In this document: positions 24,656-37,100 of the stretch, one piece after another | Numbering within the stretch: position 1 is the stretch's first letter | Layout: each line of letters opens with the position of its first letter | DNA from: Octopus sinensis | Taxonomy: Eukaryota | Assembly (NCBI RefSeq): GCF_006345805.1 | Contig: NC_043000.1 | Span: 123,752,001-123,816,000 of the forward strand | Direction of reading: 5' to 3' | Length of the DNA: 64,000 bases | The notes under the pieces: model-generated | What the model was told of the DNA's origin: nothing | What the model saw: only the letters and a program-made list of their open reading frames with translations | The model's database searches: none | Program-made: the position numbers and the translations under genes

Positions 24656-24896
24656 GGGAATTTATGTTTTCACATGAGAATTACTCTTGTCTCTACATCC
24701 TGAATTATTAAGTGGCTTCTGTTAAATTCCTGGAACAAGAATTTAAGTAAAAGATAAGTTGGCTGTGCAACCACGTGATTCAGGGTTTGACCCCATTGTG
24801 TGTGTAGAATGATAACAACACATTTGCCTTTGCTGATGCAAAAAAAAACAAAAACAAAGAGTCGGGGAAGAGGTATGGAAATGATATTATGAAAGG

Positions 24897-25005
24897 TTGA
24901 ATAAGGAGATAGAGAGAGTCCACATGGATAAATTTTTCACTATAGACCTTAATGGTCATAAAGACACTGCATCAGTGAATAGACTAAAGAAAGCCTCCAT
25001 AGAGA
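24897..25005 (+). mobile_element. Ty3/Gypsy integrase C-terminal fragment
   Basis: DKFFTIDLNGHKDTASVNRLKKA resembles the ..K.F.IDING..DTVSIDRLK end of Gypsy integrases. Confidence 0.6.
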
Positions 25006-25308
25006 AAATTGTCCCTGTTCCCACTGCAGAAGACACACACACAGCATTACAAACACTGCCCACACACCTAACTTCACATTCCATGATTACCATTGGAATT
25101 GATCAGGTAGTGGACAAGGATTCTGGATTATTTTTCCGGTTTCTTTACTTAATTTTTGTGAACAATCAGGTTCATTTTTTAGTATTCTCGTTTATAAGAG
25201 CAATCAAGTTTATTTCAGATATTCTCATTTTAAAAATCATCTCCGGCTAATCGTTGAGAGGACATTGGCATTGCCTTGGCAGAGGTTTGCACTCTCTGAG
25301 TGCTCATG

Positions 25309-25309
<1 letters not shown>

Positions 25310-25355
<46 letters not shown>

Positions 25356-25368
25356 GTTATTGTTATTA

Positions 25369-25412
<44 letters not shown>

Positions 25413-25431
25413 GTTATTATTGTTATTATTG

Positions 25432-25484
<53 letters not shown>

Positions 25485-25733
25485 AAGGCGATGAGCTGGC
25501 AGAATTGTTAGCACACTTAGCAAAATGCTCAGCAGTATTTCATCTGCTACTGCATTCTGAGTTCAAATTCTGCTGAGGTCAACTTTGCCTTTCATCCTTT
25601 TGGAGTTGATAAATTAAGTACCAGTGAAACATTGGGGTCAATGTAATCAACTAGTCTCCTTCCCACCAAATTTCATCCCTTGTGCCTTTAGTAGAAAGGA
25701 TTATCATTATTATTATTAATATTATTATTATTA

Positions 25734-25778
<45 letters not shown>

Positions 25779-25783
25779 TATTA

Positions 25784-25820
<37 letters not shown>

Positions 25821-25849
25821 CATTATTGTTGTTGTTGTTGTCATTATTA

Positions 25850-25892
<43 letters not shown>
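25310..25892. repeat. Two long (ATT)n/(GTT)n tracts flanking a family-A SINE (25486-25700)
   Basis: Direct reading; source of the poly-N/I/L/Y ORFs. Confidence 0.9.
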
Positions 25893-25893
<1 letters not shown>

Positions 25894-26321
25894 AAAGGCC
25901 TTATTAGTATATAATGAGGGAAAAGTATTTTGTATGAATAATAAATAATTAATTTTAAAAATTAGAAGGTTCATTTTTTTTTTTTTTCAATTATTACAAC
26001 TAATATATATTTGTAATTATGTACAATGTACAATCAACACAAACTGTTTCTAAATGAAAATATTTCATATAATGAAGTTATTTATTAATTTCTCTTATCC
26101 TGAAACAAAAGTGTTATTCATAAAAAAATAGGTGCTTGATCTACTCAATACATTTGTATTACGATTTTTAATAATACATATTACCATAAATATTAAAATA
26201 GCTGAATAATAAATATTCAGACGATCATACAGGAAATTAATTTTTCGTTAATGATTGTATTGAATATAAAAACAATTATTTTGAATTTGTTATTATTATG
26301 AAGTTATTCATTCAATCTTTT

Positions 26322-26596
26322 ACGCTTTTACTTGTTTCAGTCATTTGACTGTGGCCATGCTGGAGCACCACCTTTAGTCGAACAAACCAACCCTAGGACT
26401 TATTCTTTGTAAGCCTAGTACTTATTCTATCAGTCTCTTTTGCTGAACCACTAAGTTATGGAGACGTAAACATACCAACATCGGTTGTCAAGTGATGGTG
26501 GAGGACAAACACACACCCACAAACACACACACAAACACACACACACACACACACACACATACATACATACATACATACATACATACATACAATACA

Positions 26597-26629
<33 letters not shown>

Positions 26630-26792
26630 GTATACACACATACACACAATGGGCTTCTTTCAGTTTCTGTCAACCAAATCCACTCACAAGGCTATAGTTG
26701 AAGACACTTGCCCAAGGTGGTGGCACACAATGGAACAGAACCTGGAACCATGTGGATGGGAAGCAAGCTTCTTACCATACAGCCACTCCTCC
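26322..26792 (-). mobile_element. SINE family B with expanded internal (CA)/(TACA) microsatellite
   Basis: Reverse complement of family B. Confidence 0.8.
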
Positions 26793-27976
26793 ATTTAGTA
26801 CAAGCCATCATAAAATGTTTCTGTTTTAAATAAGCAAGGTCTAATAAGTATAATTATCCAATTAGCACGTAATTTCTTTATCTACATTCCAACTAAATTA
26901 GGAATTTTTTTGCCTTTCTATTTATTTTTAGCAAACACAGCAAACTTCCAGGAGTTCCAGTCTCCTGTTATTCCCTCTGTGAGTCTACAGATTCTGGGGC
27001 TCATAGAGTGGATGACAGGGGACCAAGACTCATGGTATTTAGCTGGGTTTGAGAAAATACACCAAGCTAAGTAAAAGCATGGTTATCCTTGCAAACAGGC
27101 TTGTCCCCTGAATCCCTCCCCAGCTGAGCATCCCTAATCTTGTGGGCTTGTAGGTGCTGGTGTCACATAAAAAGTACTCATAAATGCACCCATGCCAACA
27201 TTGCATAAGAGCACCCGGCACATTCTGTAAAGTGATTGGCATTAGGAAGGGCATCCAGACAAAGGGACCAGACCAAAAAGATACATGAAACCTGGGAAGC
27301 TCTTCAGCTGGCCATCCAAACCATGCCATCAAGGAAAAGGGACATTAAATGGTGGTGGTGGTGGTGGCAGCGGCAGCAGTGGATGATGATGATGATGATG
27401 ATAATTGTGCCAATCTTTTCGAGTTGGCTGTGGTGTTAGTGGTGGTGGTGTGAGCTATATTTAGATGATACAGATTTAATTTTTGCTTTTAATTTTTTAT
27501 ATGGTTTTTATTTTATTTATATTTTATTTGCAGCGTGGAAGGTGTTTATTAGCCATTTAAGAAACACACAGAAACCGTTAGATTCACTTCAACAAGTGAA
27601 GCACCACCTTTAGTCAAGCAAATCAACCCCAGGACTTATTTTTTGAAGCCTAGTACTTATTCTATCGGTCGCTTTTGCCGAACCACTAAGTTACAGGGAT
27701 GTAAACACCACCATCAGTTGTCAAGTGTTGTTGGGGGAGGGGACAAACACAGACATGCAAACATATACACACATGCACATGCAGATATATATATATATAT
27801 ATACACACACACATGCACACATGCACACGCACATGTACACATATACATGCATGTACACACACAAATGCATATGTATACATACAAAAATATAGACACATAT
27901 AAACATGCATACACCCAAACACATGCATACACACAAACACTCAAACACTCAAACACTCACATACATACATACATTC

Positions 27977-28022
<46 letters not shown>

Positions 28023-29949
28023 ACATATATATTTGTTGATGAGGGACAGAAGGCATTTTGGTGAGAGTCAGAAACTTCAGAAGAAAAAACAAGCTATTAC
28101 AGATTCAGTACAATAGCTTGAAGTCTTAAATGTCATGACTTGATAGGAGCATCACATTATCATTTTACTGGAATCACATGATAGCATTTGTCAGTTAGAC
28201 TACTTGGCTTTTGAATAAGAAACACTTCCATTCATTGGATTGGCTGGTTTGTGTCAGGAAACTTAGATTTAATAACACTGTTATTGCATGTAATGATAAA
28301 AGTTTACTCTGAATGTGTCAAATGTATTGGGTTGTTAGAAAAATTCCTTTGTCTTCTTTTTATTTTATTTTTTTCTGCTTGGCAGTAAAAGAGTAAAAGA
28401 GGGGGCCAGTCGATTAGATCAACCCCAGTATGCAACTGGTACTTGATTTATCAACCCCAAAAGGATAAAAGAGAAAGTCAACTTCAGCAGAATTTGAACT
28501 CAGAACATAATGACAGACGAAATATCACTAAGCATTTCGCCAAGCATACTAACATTTCTGCCAGCTCGCTGCCTTAACCTTGCTTAATTGTAGCCTCTCA
28601 CTTACAGATTGCATTTGCAAGAGAATAGTAACCAGTTTCTTTCATTGCCTGAAAATCCTAGCTTCTTCAGGTTACTCAAGCAAGTCCAGCAATAATAATT
28701 ATTATAATTCAAATTATGTTATATATAAACAAACATAAATTTGTTTTTAGAAGCGTTGAAATGGTTTGAGTCTCATGACTGGTTGCTGACAAATTTTTTC
28801 GCTCCATAAGGATTTTATCCTGTCTCTGCTGTTCTGTCAGCATTTATGCATTGAAAAAAATATTATCTTCCTATTTGAACCTACAATTATTATAATTGTT
28901 AATGTGAATATAATTATTAATGTGTGAAAAAAAAAGGTTGCAAGCTGGCAGAACCATTAGTATGCTGGACAAAAAGCTTAGAAGCATTGCATCCTTCTTT
29001 ACCTTCTGAGTTCAAATTCCACTGAGGCTGCCTTTGTCGTTTAATCTTTCAGGGTCAATAAAATAAGTACCAGTTGAAAACTGGGGTTCATGTAATTGAC
29101 TAGCCCTTCCCCCAAAATGTTAGGCCTTGTATTTATAGTAGAAAGAACAATTATTGGTTTCAAATTTCAGCACAAGGCCAGCAAATTTGGGTGGTGGTGG
29201 GGATAAATCATTTAACATCAACCCAGCGCATAACTGGTACTTAATTTATTGACCCCGAAGGATGACAGGCAAAGTCGACTGCAGTGGAATTTGAACTCAG
29301 AACATAAAGGCAGACAAAATACCACTAAGCATTTTGCCCAACACACTAATGACTCAGCCAATTGGCCACCTTAAATATTGGTTTCAAATTTTTACAAAAG
29401 CAATTTTGGGGGAGGTGGGGTAGGTCAATTACATCGACCCCAGCATTCAACTGGCACTTCTTTTAACAACCCCAAAAGCAGGAATGGCAAAGTAGACCTC
29501 AATGAGATTTGAACTCAGAACATAAAGACAGACAAAGTAGAAAGGATAATTATGAAATGTGAATTTATAATCAGGTAAAGAAACTTCCAGTTTCAAACCA
29601 GTTGTCAACAAATATTCTTCTTTCTCCTCACACTAATTTGGGAAGAAGCATTTATATCTCTAGTGTAGATTTGTGATTTAACCAGATTTTACTTTTCTGT
29701 CTAAAACAACTATATTAAGTCTCTTATGTTTGCAAACGATGGAAGTGTTCATGGGAACATTCCACCAATATTTTGTCTGCTGATACGCATGCAATATCCT
29801 TGCTATGTATGAATGGATGGATTGAGGAATTGATGGATGGATGGATGGATGGATGGATGGATGTTGGGTGAGCTTTAGAGGTCATAAGAGTAGCCACACA
29901 CATAGGCAGGTTGTTAACTATGCATTATATGGCATCTCTACTTGCAGGT

Positions 29950-30168
29950 AATGTAGAAAATGATGTACATCAGAAGACAGGTTGAAATTGCCTATGAAGA
30001 TTCACCAAAACAATACTGTAACAAAGACTGTTGGAGGCGCCCATCATTGCAACATCTGCACAAAAGAATGTAAATCCCTGGCAGGAATGAAGAGCCACAT
30101 CCATGCTGCATGTGTCTAAGTGAACAATCAAGTGGTGGCCTTACTTGAAATCAAGTTGCAGCCATCAT
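29950..30168 (+). mobile_element. LINE (RTE-like) 3' fragment with terminal C2H2 zinc finger
   Basis: HHCNICTKECKSLAGMKSHIHAACV* followed by a short UTR ending cagccatcat. Confidence 0.55.
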
Positions 30169-30217
30169 GTATGTGTATATGTGTGAATGCATATGTATAT
30201 GTATGTGTGTATATACT

Positions 30218-30635
30218 CTTTACACTTTTACTTGTTTCAGTCATTTGACTGTGACCATGCTGGAGTACCACCTTTAATCGAGCAAATCTACCCCAGGACT
30301 TATTCTTTGGAAGCCTAGTACTTTTTCTATCGGTCTTGTTTGCCGAACCGCTAAGTTATGGGGGATGTTAACACACCAGCATCGGTTGTCAAGCGATGTT
30401 GGGGAGGGACAAACACAGACACACAAACATATGCACACACACATACATATATATATATATATACATATATACGACGGGCTTCTTTTAGTTTCCATCTACC
30501 AAATCCACTCACAAGGCTTTGGTCAGCCCAGGGCTATAGTAGAAGACACTTGCCCAAGGTGCCACGCAGTAGCAATGAACCTGGAACCATGTGGTTGTTA
30601 AGCAAGCTACTTACCTCACAGCCACTTCTACGCTT
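30218..30635 (-). mobile_element. SINE family B
   Basis: Reverse complement of family B. Confidence 0.8.
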
Positions 30636-30672
30636 ATGTATATATGCATGCATATACAAATATATATGTAGG

Positions 30673-30850
30673 TATGAGGGAGTGCTGAAAAGTTCCTGGC
30701 TTTGGGTAAAAGAAAATACAGGAGGATCAGTTAATTATGATTTTATTCAACATATTCTCCTCTCAGATTCACACACCTGTTGCAGTGGTCCTTCAGTTTT
30801 TCTAAGCCATGTAAAAAGGAACTCGGAAGGTTGAGCCATCAACCAAACCT
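30673..30850. mobile_element. Mariner terminal fragment
   Basis: TIR-like tatgagggagtgctgaaaagttcctggct. Confidence 0.5.
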
Positions 30851-31173
30851 TAAGGCCAGGAACCTTTCAGGACCCCTCTCCTATTATGTCTGTAGAGAGT
30901 GCTGTAATCTGAGGAAACAAAGATTGTACTTCTTTATTTACATCAGTAATCATGTCAGGAGACACAGGAATATCAAAGTCTCTTGTTTTCCTTTCACTGA
31001 ACCAATAGTCATCACCCATTGATGGATACTTGTCTTATAGAATACCACGAAATTGACTCCATTTGTTGCAATAGAGCTTGTGATAAGAATTAATAAATAT
31101 TAACCCTTTAATTCATTTGTTATATATATATTTATTTCTCATTATGTATATGTCTACCTACCTACTTCTTTAA

Positions 31174-31174
<1 letters not shown>

Positions 31175-31213
<39 letters not shown>

Positions 31214-31309
31214 TGGTGTGTGGTGTGTGTGTGTGTGTGTGGTGGTGTGTGTGTGTGGTGTGTATATATATATATTATATATATATAGATAATATATATA
31301 TATATACTT

Positions 31310-31357
<48 letters not shown>

Positions 31358-31395
31358 TATATATATTATATATATATATATATATACACCCATTC

Positions 31396-31450
<55 letters not shown>
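31175..31450. repeat. Compound (TG)n-(TA)n-(AGAT)n microsatellite
   Basis: Direct reading. Confidence 0.92.
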
Positions 31451-31533
31451 AGATGGACAGATAGTTAGAGTGATAGATATATGTATGTGTGTAAATATAC
31501 ACTTACACACACAGAATTAGAAAAATAGATTTT

Positions 31534-31568
<35 letters not shown>

Positions 31569-32007
31569 ACGCACACACATATGTGTTCATATTTATTATT
31601 TTCTGCTATTTCTTGTAATAGTTATTTTCTATTTATACTTGTGCGTGTGTTTGCAAATGGTTGTGTGTGTGTGTGTCTGTACGTGTGTGTTTGTGCATGT
31701 ATGTTTGTGTTGTGCATGTGTGTGTGTGCGTGTATGTGTGCGCATCTGTGTTCTATCAAATAAAAACAGGATAGTATCTTAGAAATTCCAAATACGGTGT
31801 GATGATCAGCAAGATCGATCCGATATGTCCAAAGAAAAGAGCAAAGAAGTCATTTCTCAATGGTTAATGAATGCACATAATTTGAATTGAAGTCCATGCT
31901 AAATGACATCTTCTCCTTCTTCTTCTTTTTTTTCTTCTTCCTCCTCTCCTCCTCCACCTGATCTTTCATTTTTTGCCATTTTCTGTTTTCCTGTCTTCTG
32001 TCTTTAG

Positions 32008-32013
32008 TTTATT
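32008..32013 (-). terminator. Candidate poly(A) signal of the LDLa gene
   Basis: AATAAA on the minus strand ~175 nt after the stop; another AATAAA overlaps the stop codon itself. Confidence 0.35.
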
Positions 32014-32188
32014 ATCTCAAATGTATCAGTATTCTAACAAGTCCCCATGTAATATATTTGGCAACATTTCCATTCCATTCTGTGTTCTCCCATCCAATTT
32101 ACATGAGCCAAGCCAACTGCAAAACACATAGAAATAGCATGGAGGTAATGTGGACAATAGTAGAACACAAGTGCGATGGACAAGTCTT

Positions 32189-32313
32189 TTATTTCTGGGG
32201 ACAGCTCAGCTCATCGCTGCCATCAGTACATTCTCTTGTGCCGTCACATCTCCAAGACAATGGCACGCACTCTGCTATTTGGCTACATTGGAACTGGTGT
32301 GAAAGGCAACTTC
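32189..32313 (-). CDS. LDLa-repeat protein, terminal coding exon (module 7 plus stop)
   Basis: ttatgcattccag| acceptor; (G)SCLSHQFQCSQIAECVPLSWRCDGTRECTDGSDELSCPQK*; six Cys and DxSDE; TAA at 32191-32189. Not shown in frame in the ORF track. Confidence 0.9.
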
Positions 32314-33132
32314 CTGGAATGCATAAAAGAAAAGAAGTGTTTCAGTTATATGACATTTTTTATATTACCGGATGGACATTTGGGGACAGAAAGGGTTGTA
32401 AATATTATTTAGTTTAATGTTATCAGAACTTAGAAACTTCAAGAGAACGTGAATTCAAAAATCAATTTTTTAATGGTTGAACTCAAAGCAGATAAAGCTA
32501 CAAATAATCCTTTCTACTATAAGCACAAGGCCTGAAATTTGGTGGGAGGGGTCAGTTGATTAGATCAACTCCAGTATGCAACTGGTACTTAGTTTATCGA
32601 CCCCAAAAGGATGAAAGGCAAAATCAACCTCAGTGGAATTTGAACTCAGAATGTAAAGACAGATGAAATACTGCTAAGCATTTCGCCTGGCATGCTAACA
32701 ATTCTGCCAGCTCAACACCTTGATAAAACTACAAATAATGTGTAAATTTTGGGTTAAAAAGACCCCTTGGATAGAAAAATTCTATTATTTATAGTTCCAT
32801 CTACTTTGAATTGAAACATTAAAACAAAAAAAAAGATATTATTTGGTTTATACTTTTAATGGAAGATGTTGGAAGAGAAGGAAAAAGATGTGAAGTAAAG
32901 AAAAAAGACTGTAAAGGAAGAAAATACAGACAAACAACAACAAAAAGAAAACAACAAGAAAATGAAGGCATAGGAGTGGCTGTGTGGTAAGTAGCTTGCT
33001 TACCAACCACATGGTTCCCGTTTCATTCCCACTGCATGGCACCTTGAGCAAGTGTCTTCTACTATAGCCGCAGGCTGACCAAAGCCTTGTGAGTGGATTT
33101 GGTAGACAGAAAATGAAAAGAAGCCTGTCGTA

Positions 33133-33207
<75 letters not shown>

Positions 33208-33225
33208 GTGTGTGTGTATATATAT

Positions 33226-33306
<81 letters not shown>

Positions 33307-33329
33307 TATATATACATACATACATACAT

Positions 33330-33406
33330 ATTTGGAATAATCATTAATTTCACCAAGTAGATTACATGCCGAAATCTACTTGGTGAAATTAATGATTATT
33401 CCAAAT
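33330..33406. other. Perfect 34-bp inverted repeat with 9-nt loop
   Basis: atttggaataatcattaatttcaccaagtagatt / acatgccga / exact reverse complement. Confidence 0.92.
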
Positions 33407-33636
33407 TAATTAATTTCACCCTATATTATTACTGATAACCATAATTCATCCCAGTAAATGACCGCAACATCTTGTCTTGGCTACACGCTGGTGGGAAGGG
33501 GTTGGTGACACAAACTTTCATTCACATTTCGAATTTGGTGATACTGGTAACGGTTTTAGCTCGCTCTGATACTGAGTTGAGATGATGCCTTCTAGTATCT
33601 CGAAATTTAATATACAATTATTCATAATTGTAGTGT

Positions 33637-33727
33637 CCTACGCTGATGAGAAAAAAAGTTGGGTAAGTCATAATTATCTAATTCTTATGATTTCCTAAAA
33701 CTTAATTTCGAAACGTACGTCCGTAGG
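33637..33727 (+). ncRNA. Type-I hammerhead ribozyme, canonical core, 60-nt stem II
   Basis: Stem I CCUACG/CGUAGG; CUGAUGA at 33643-49; stem II 33650-33709 closed by G-C; GAAAC at 33710-14; palindromic ACGUACGU stem III; GUC cleavage triplet at 33719-21. Confidence 0.88.
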
Positions 33728-33910
33728 TGACTTAAAATTGTATGATAGATTGCCGTCATTTCCTTCTCTCTTGCCTGTCTGTGTTTACCTTTCAAGTGCT
33801 GCGGTTTTACTGAGATCTCCCTTTTAGTAGAAAGAATAGCTATAACTCTTTGACTGCTATTTCTAAATTCGGTGTGTGGTGAAGCAAATCGTTGCTAAAC
33901 CCTTAATTAC

Positions 33911-33985
<75 letters not shown>

Positions 33986-33989
33986 GGTA

Positions 33990-34222
33990 TGTATGTATGT
34001 GTGTGTATGTGTTTGTGTGTATGTGTTTGTCACCACCACCACCACCCATGATGTTGGTGTGTTTACGTCCCCGTTACTTAGCAGTTCGGCAAAAGAGACC
34101 AATAGAATAAGTACTAGGCTTACAAAGAATAAGCCCTGGGGTCGATTTGCTCAACTAAAGGCGGTGCTCCAGCATGGCCACAGTCAAATGACTGAAACAA
34201 GTAAAAGAGTAAAGAGTAAAGA
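33990..34222 (+). mobile_element. SINE family B, 3' half
   Basis: Homologous to 8790-8995. Confidence 0.75.
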
Positions 34223-34589
34223 GTATGAAGGCAATCAAAGAAAGAAAGAATACAAGAAACATTAAAGAATCTTTCATCTTTTACTTGTTTCAGTCACTGA
34301 ACTGTGGCCAGGCTGGGGCACCACCAGTACTTATTTTTAAATCTGATACATGTTCTATTGGTTTCTTTTGCTGTACTGCTAAGTTACAGGGACAGTTATC
34401 AAGTAATAGTGGTGGGGGGAGGACAAGCTCAAACACAAAGACACGCGCACACACACACACACACATATTGGAAGAGTTACCAGCACCATGATGATTCATG
34501 TTGAGTATCAAAATGCTGATATCATGACTGATGCTCAATGCTCTGTGAACACTGAAAAGACTGTAAGACATGACAGGGACAGTTGCAAT

Positions 34590-34905
34590 GGACAGCAGTA
34601 AGGGGCACATGAGGCATTCTGGCGGCATTTGCACACCAGAATTCATCCTTACATCTTTGAACAGGAACTTAGACTCAATTCAGACAGCCATGTGAAGCTA
34701 CTGAAGACTTGTCAATCCCTTGTCGGAGAGGATTGCTACTGGAATACTCTATGAGTAACAGCAGAATTCAACTCCTTGCCATACCTCCAGAAAGAGTCAG
34801 AAGCTGTTATCAGAGAATTTCTAACTTAATTGGCCCCAGTTTCTGGCCTCTTAATTCCCTTGATTGTAATCCCATTGATTACTATGTGAGGGGCATGGTT
34901 GAGAC
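34590..34905 (+). mobile_element. Tc1/mariner-superfamily transposase relic
   Basis: QQNSTPCHTSRKSQKLLSENF...FWPLNSLDCNPIDYYVRGMVE, a decayed QQDxAPxH / WPPNSPDxNPxDY. Ends ~45 bp from an LDLa exon donor. Confidence 0.7.
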
Positions 34906-34950
34906 CATTGATTCTGTGATTTTGTGATGTTAAGAAACATTTTCTCTTAC

Positions 34951-35094
34951 CATTTCCTAGAAGGGAGAATGAAGTGTATATACAACCCATTTCATCAATG
35001 CCATTTTGGCAATCCGATTGTTTATCACATTTCCATTCCACTGGAATACATGTTTTGTTGTCACATCGAAATTGGTTCTCATTGCAAAGTGACC
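34951..35094 (-). CDS. LDLa-repeat protein exon, module 6
   Basis: ttgttatag| and |gtaag; 144 nt, phase 1-1; SLCNENQFRCDNKTCIPVEWKCDKQSDCQNGIDEMGCIYTSFSLLGN. Confidence 0.92.
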
Positions 35095-35540
35095 CTATAA
35101 CAAACACAAAAAACGGGAAACATCAATTAAATTAGTAAATGAGATCTAATTATAATGAAGTGTTGGAGGATTAAGGAAGCCAAGTCTACTTCTTGTTTTC
35201 TTTTCAAAACTGTGTTTTCTTTCTACTTTTTCTATTTCTGTGAATGTGGTGGGAATTATATTGGCTAAACTGGCATGTCATTTAGAAAACAGATGACAGT
35301 TCACAGACAACAAATATGTGATCCAAGCATTGTAGTAATTTATTTAGATATGATGTAATACTTTGGAATATATTATAATGTATTTGAAACAAATTTGATT
35401 GCAATAATCTCTTTTTCAAAACTATATTTTGAAGTGATCTGATTATAATAATATACTTTGGAATTAATTAACAGCAATATAAAAGGAACAGCACATTTTC
35501 TTTTTATTATTTTTAAACACACATGCACATGCATGCACAC

Positions 35541-35578
<38 letters not shown>

Positions 35579-36846
35579 ATACACATACAGAATAGTATAG
35601 AAGCAAAGATTTCTCAGATGTTACGTAATTTCATTCTAAGATCTACAGCTGGTTAAAATTACAAATAACATCATTCATTCAGTTACTTAATATATAAAAA
35701 TACATAATTGATTTAAATGTGATGAGTGAACCATTTCATCAGGAAATAAACGTGTGTGATGAGTGACTTGCATTTGTATTTCATATGTTGATATATGGAT
35801 TGTTTGTAGTAACTCTTTTGATAACAACCCTCCTGAGATTACCTCTGGTTCTCTGATACAAACTTCCAGCTCTAAAGGGATCTAAATTAAAAGCTTCCAT
35901 CAAAATTGTATATTAAGTTGTGTTCCAAACACCAGTTTGTTAATAACAAAGTTATATTAGTAAATTCTTCTTTGTTTTCAATAATTAATTTAAATAAAGG
36001 CTGTGTATTTCAACAGAAATATAATAGCAAAAGTCCTAATGTGTATCATACATGTATAACGTGAGTTGTGTGAACAATTGATGTTATGGAGGCTGATATT
36101 TAATATATGGAAGTATGTTGTGTGGATTGTTTTGTATTATAATGAGATTATTTATCGTGGGTAAGTTTTATGTTATTTTATTGCATAGTCATTATATAAG
36201 ATGCGTGTGGTGTGCAAAGAATCTACTGTTTCAGTTGTGCATGTTCAAAGTTGTGAGACCTAGAATGAATTTTATAGTTTACTTTGTCATCATCACCATC
36301 ATCATCATCGTCATCATCATCATTTAACATGTGTATGTATGTATGTATGTATGTATGTATGTATGTATGTATGCATGCATGTATGTATGTATGTATATGA
36401 TGGACTCTCCCACCAAAGATGAGGAATGACCATTCAGCTTTTGCCGAATGACCTGCACAAATGATTTGTTTATAATGACCAAATGCTTGCGCCACACATT
36501 AGCTCATTCTCTCCATCAAATTGACGTTGACTGAACAGGAGAATTGTGTGCCATGTATCAGGTGCCAAAGGGATCACAGAGCAACATGAAATGAAGTGTT
36601 TTGCTCAAGATCACAATGCACCACCTGGTCTAGGAATCGCAATCACAGTCACTGGATCATAAATGCAACACCCCAGTCACTAAGCTATGCAGAGTTTTCA
36701 TTAGGATAATACAAACAGATTGGTATGCACTCTGAGTCCTCGAACTGGTATGCCACTAAAATTCCAGTTTCAACTGCGGTTTAACATGCAGTTTCACAAC
36801 TGTGTTTTTAAAGTGGCTAGAAGTGGCTTCCCCTTGAGCCAATATT

Positions 36847-37100
36847 TATAGATTAAAACAGAAATGAAGTGGCAAACAGTTTGGCAAGACTTGACAAAGA
36901 CATTTAATTTAGTTATATGATAAAAAGATATACATAGTCTCTAACAGCTGTTTCTAAAATAACCCAGCTGTTGGAATACTGGAATATTCTAGAAACAGTT
37001 AGAGATTACATACACTATTTTATAATTTATACATCTAAATTAAATGTCATGGTCAAATCTTTCCAAACCATTTGCATCTTCATTTCTGTTTTAATCTATA
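36847..37100. other. ~255-bp imperfect palindrome (fold-back element)
   Basis: tatagattaaaacagaaatgaag ... cttcatttctgttttaatctata; inner arms gacatttaatttag/ctaaattaaatgtc and ctgtttcta/tagaaacag. Confidence 0.8.

Noticed and set aside
28628-28675. Minus-strand gtaac-CTGAAGA...GAAAC-tg-gttac hammerhead-like string
   Set aside because: No NUH triplet before stem I, and the CUGAAGA is sequestered in a competing cctgaa/ttcagg hairpin.
31783-31890. Plus-strand KFQIRCDDQQDRSDMSKE, vaguely like an LDLa C-terminal half
   Set aside because: Only one Cys, no N-terminal half, preceded by a stop, and on the wrong strand; likely chance.
5000-32000. Additional protein-coding gene between the two convergent genes
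   Set aside because: No exon-like sequence with recognisable homology found by eye; only transposon relics. Short or divergent exons cannot be excluded.
32058-32417. Plus-strand ORFs (also at 46630-46867, 48744-48980, 51787-51978, 59689-59892, 62548-62891)
   Set aside because: Antisense shadows of the minus-strand LDLa exons.
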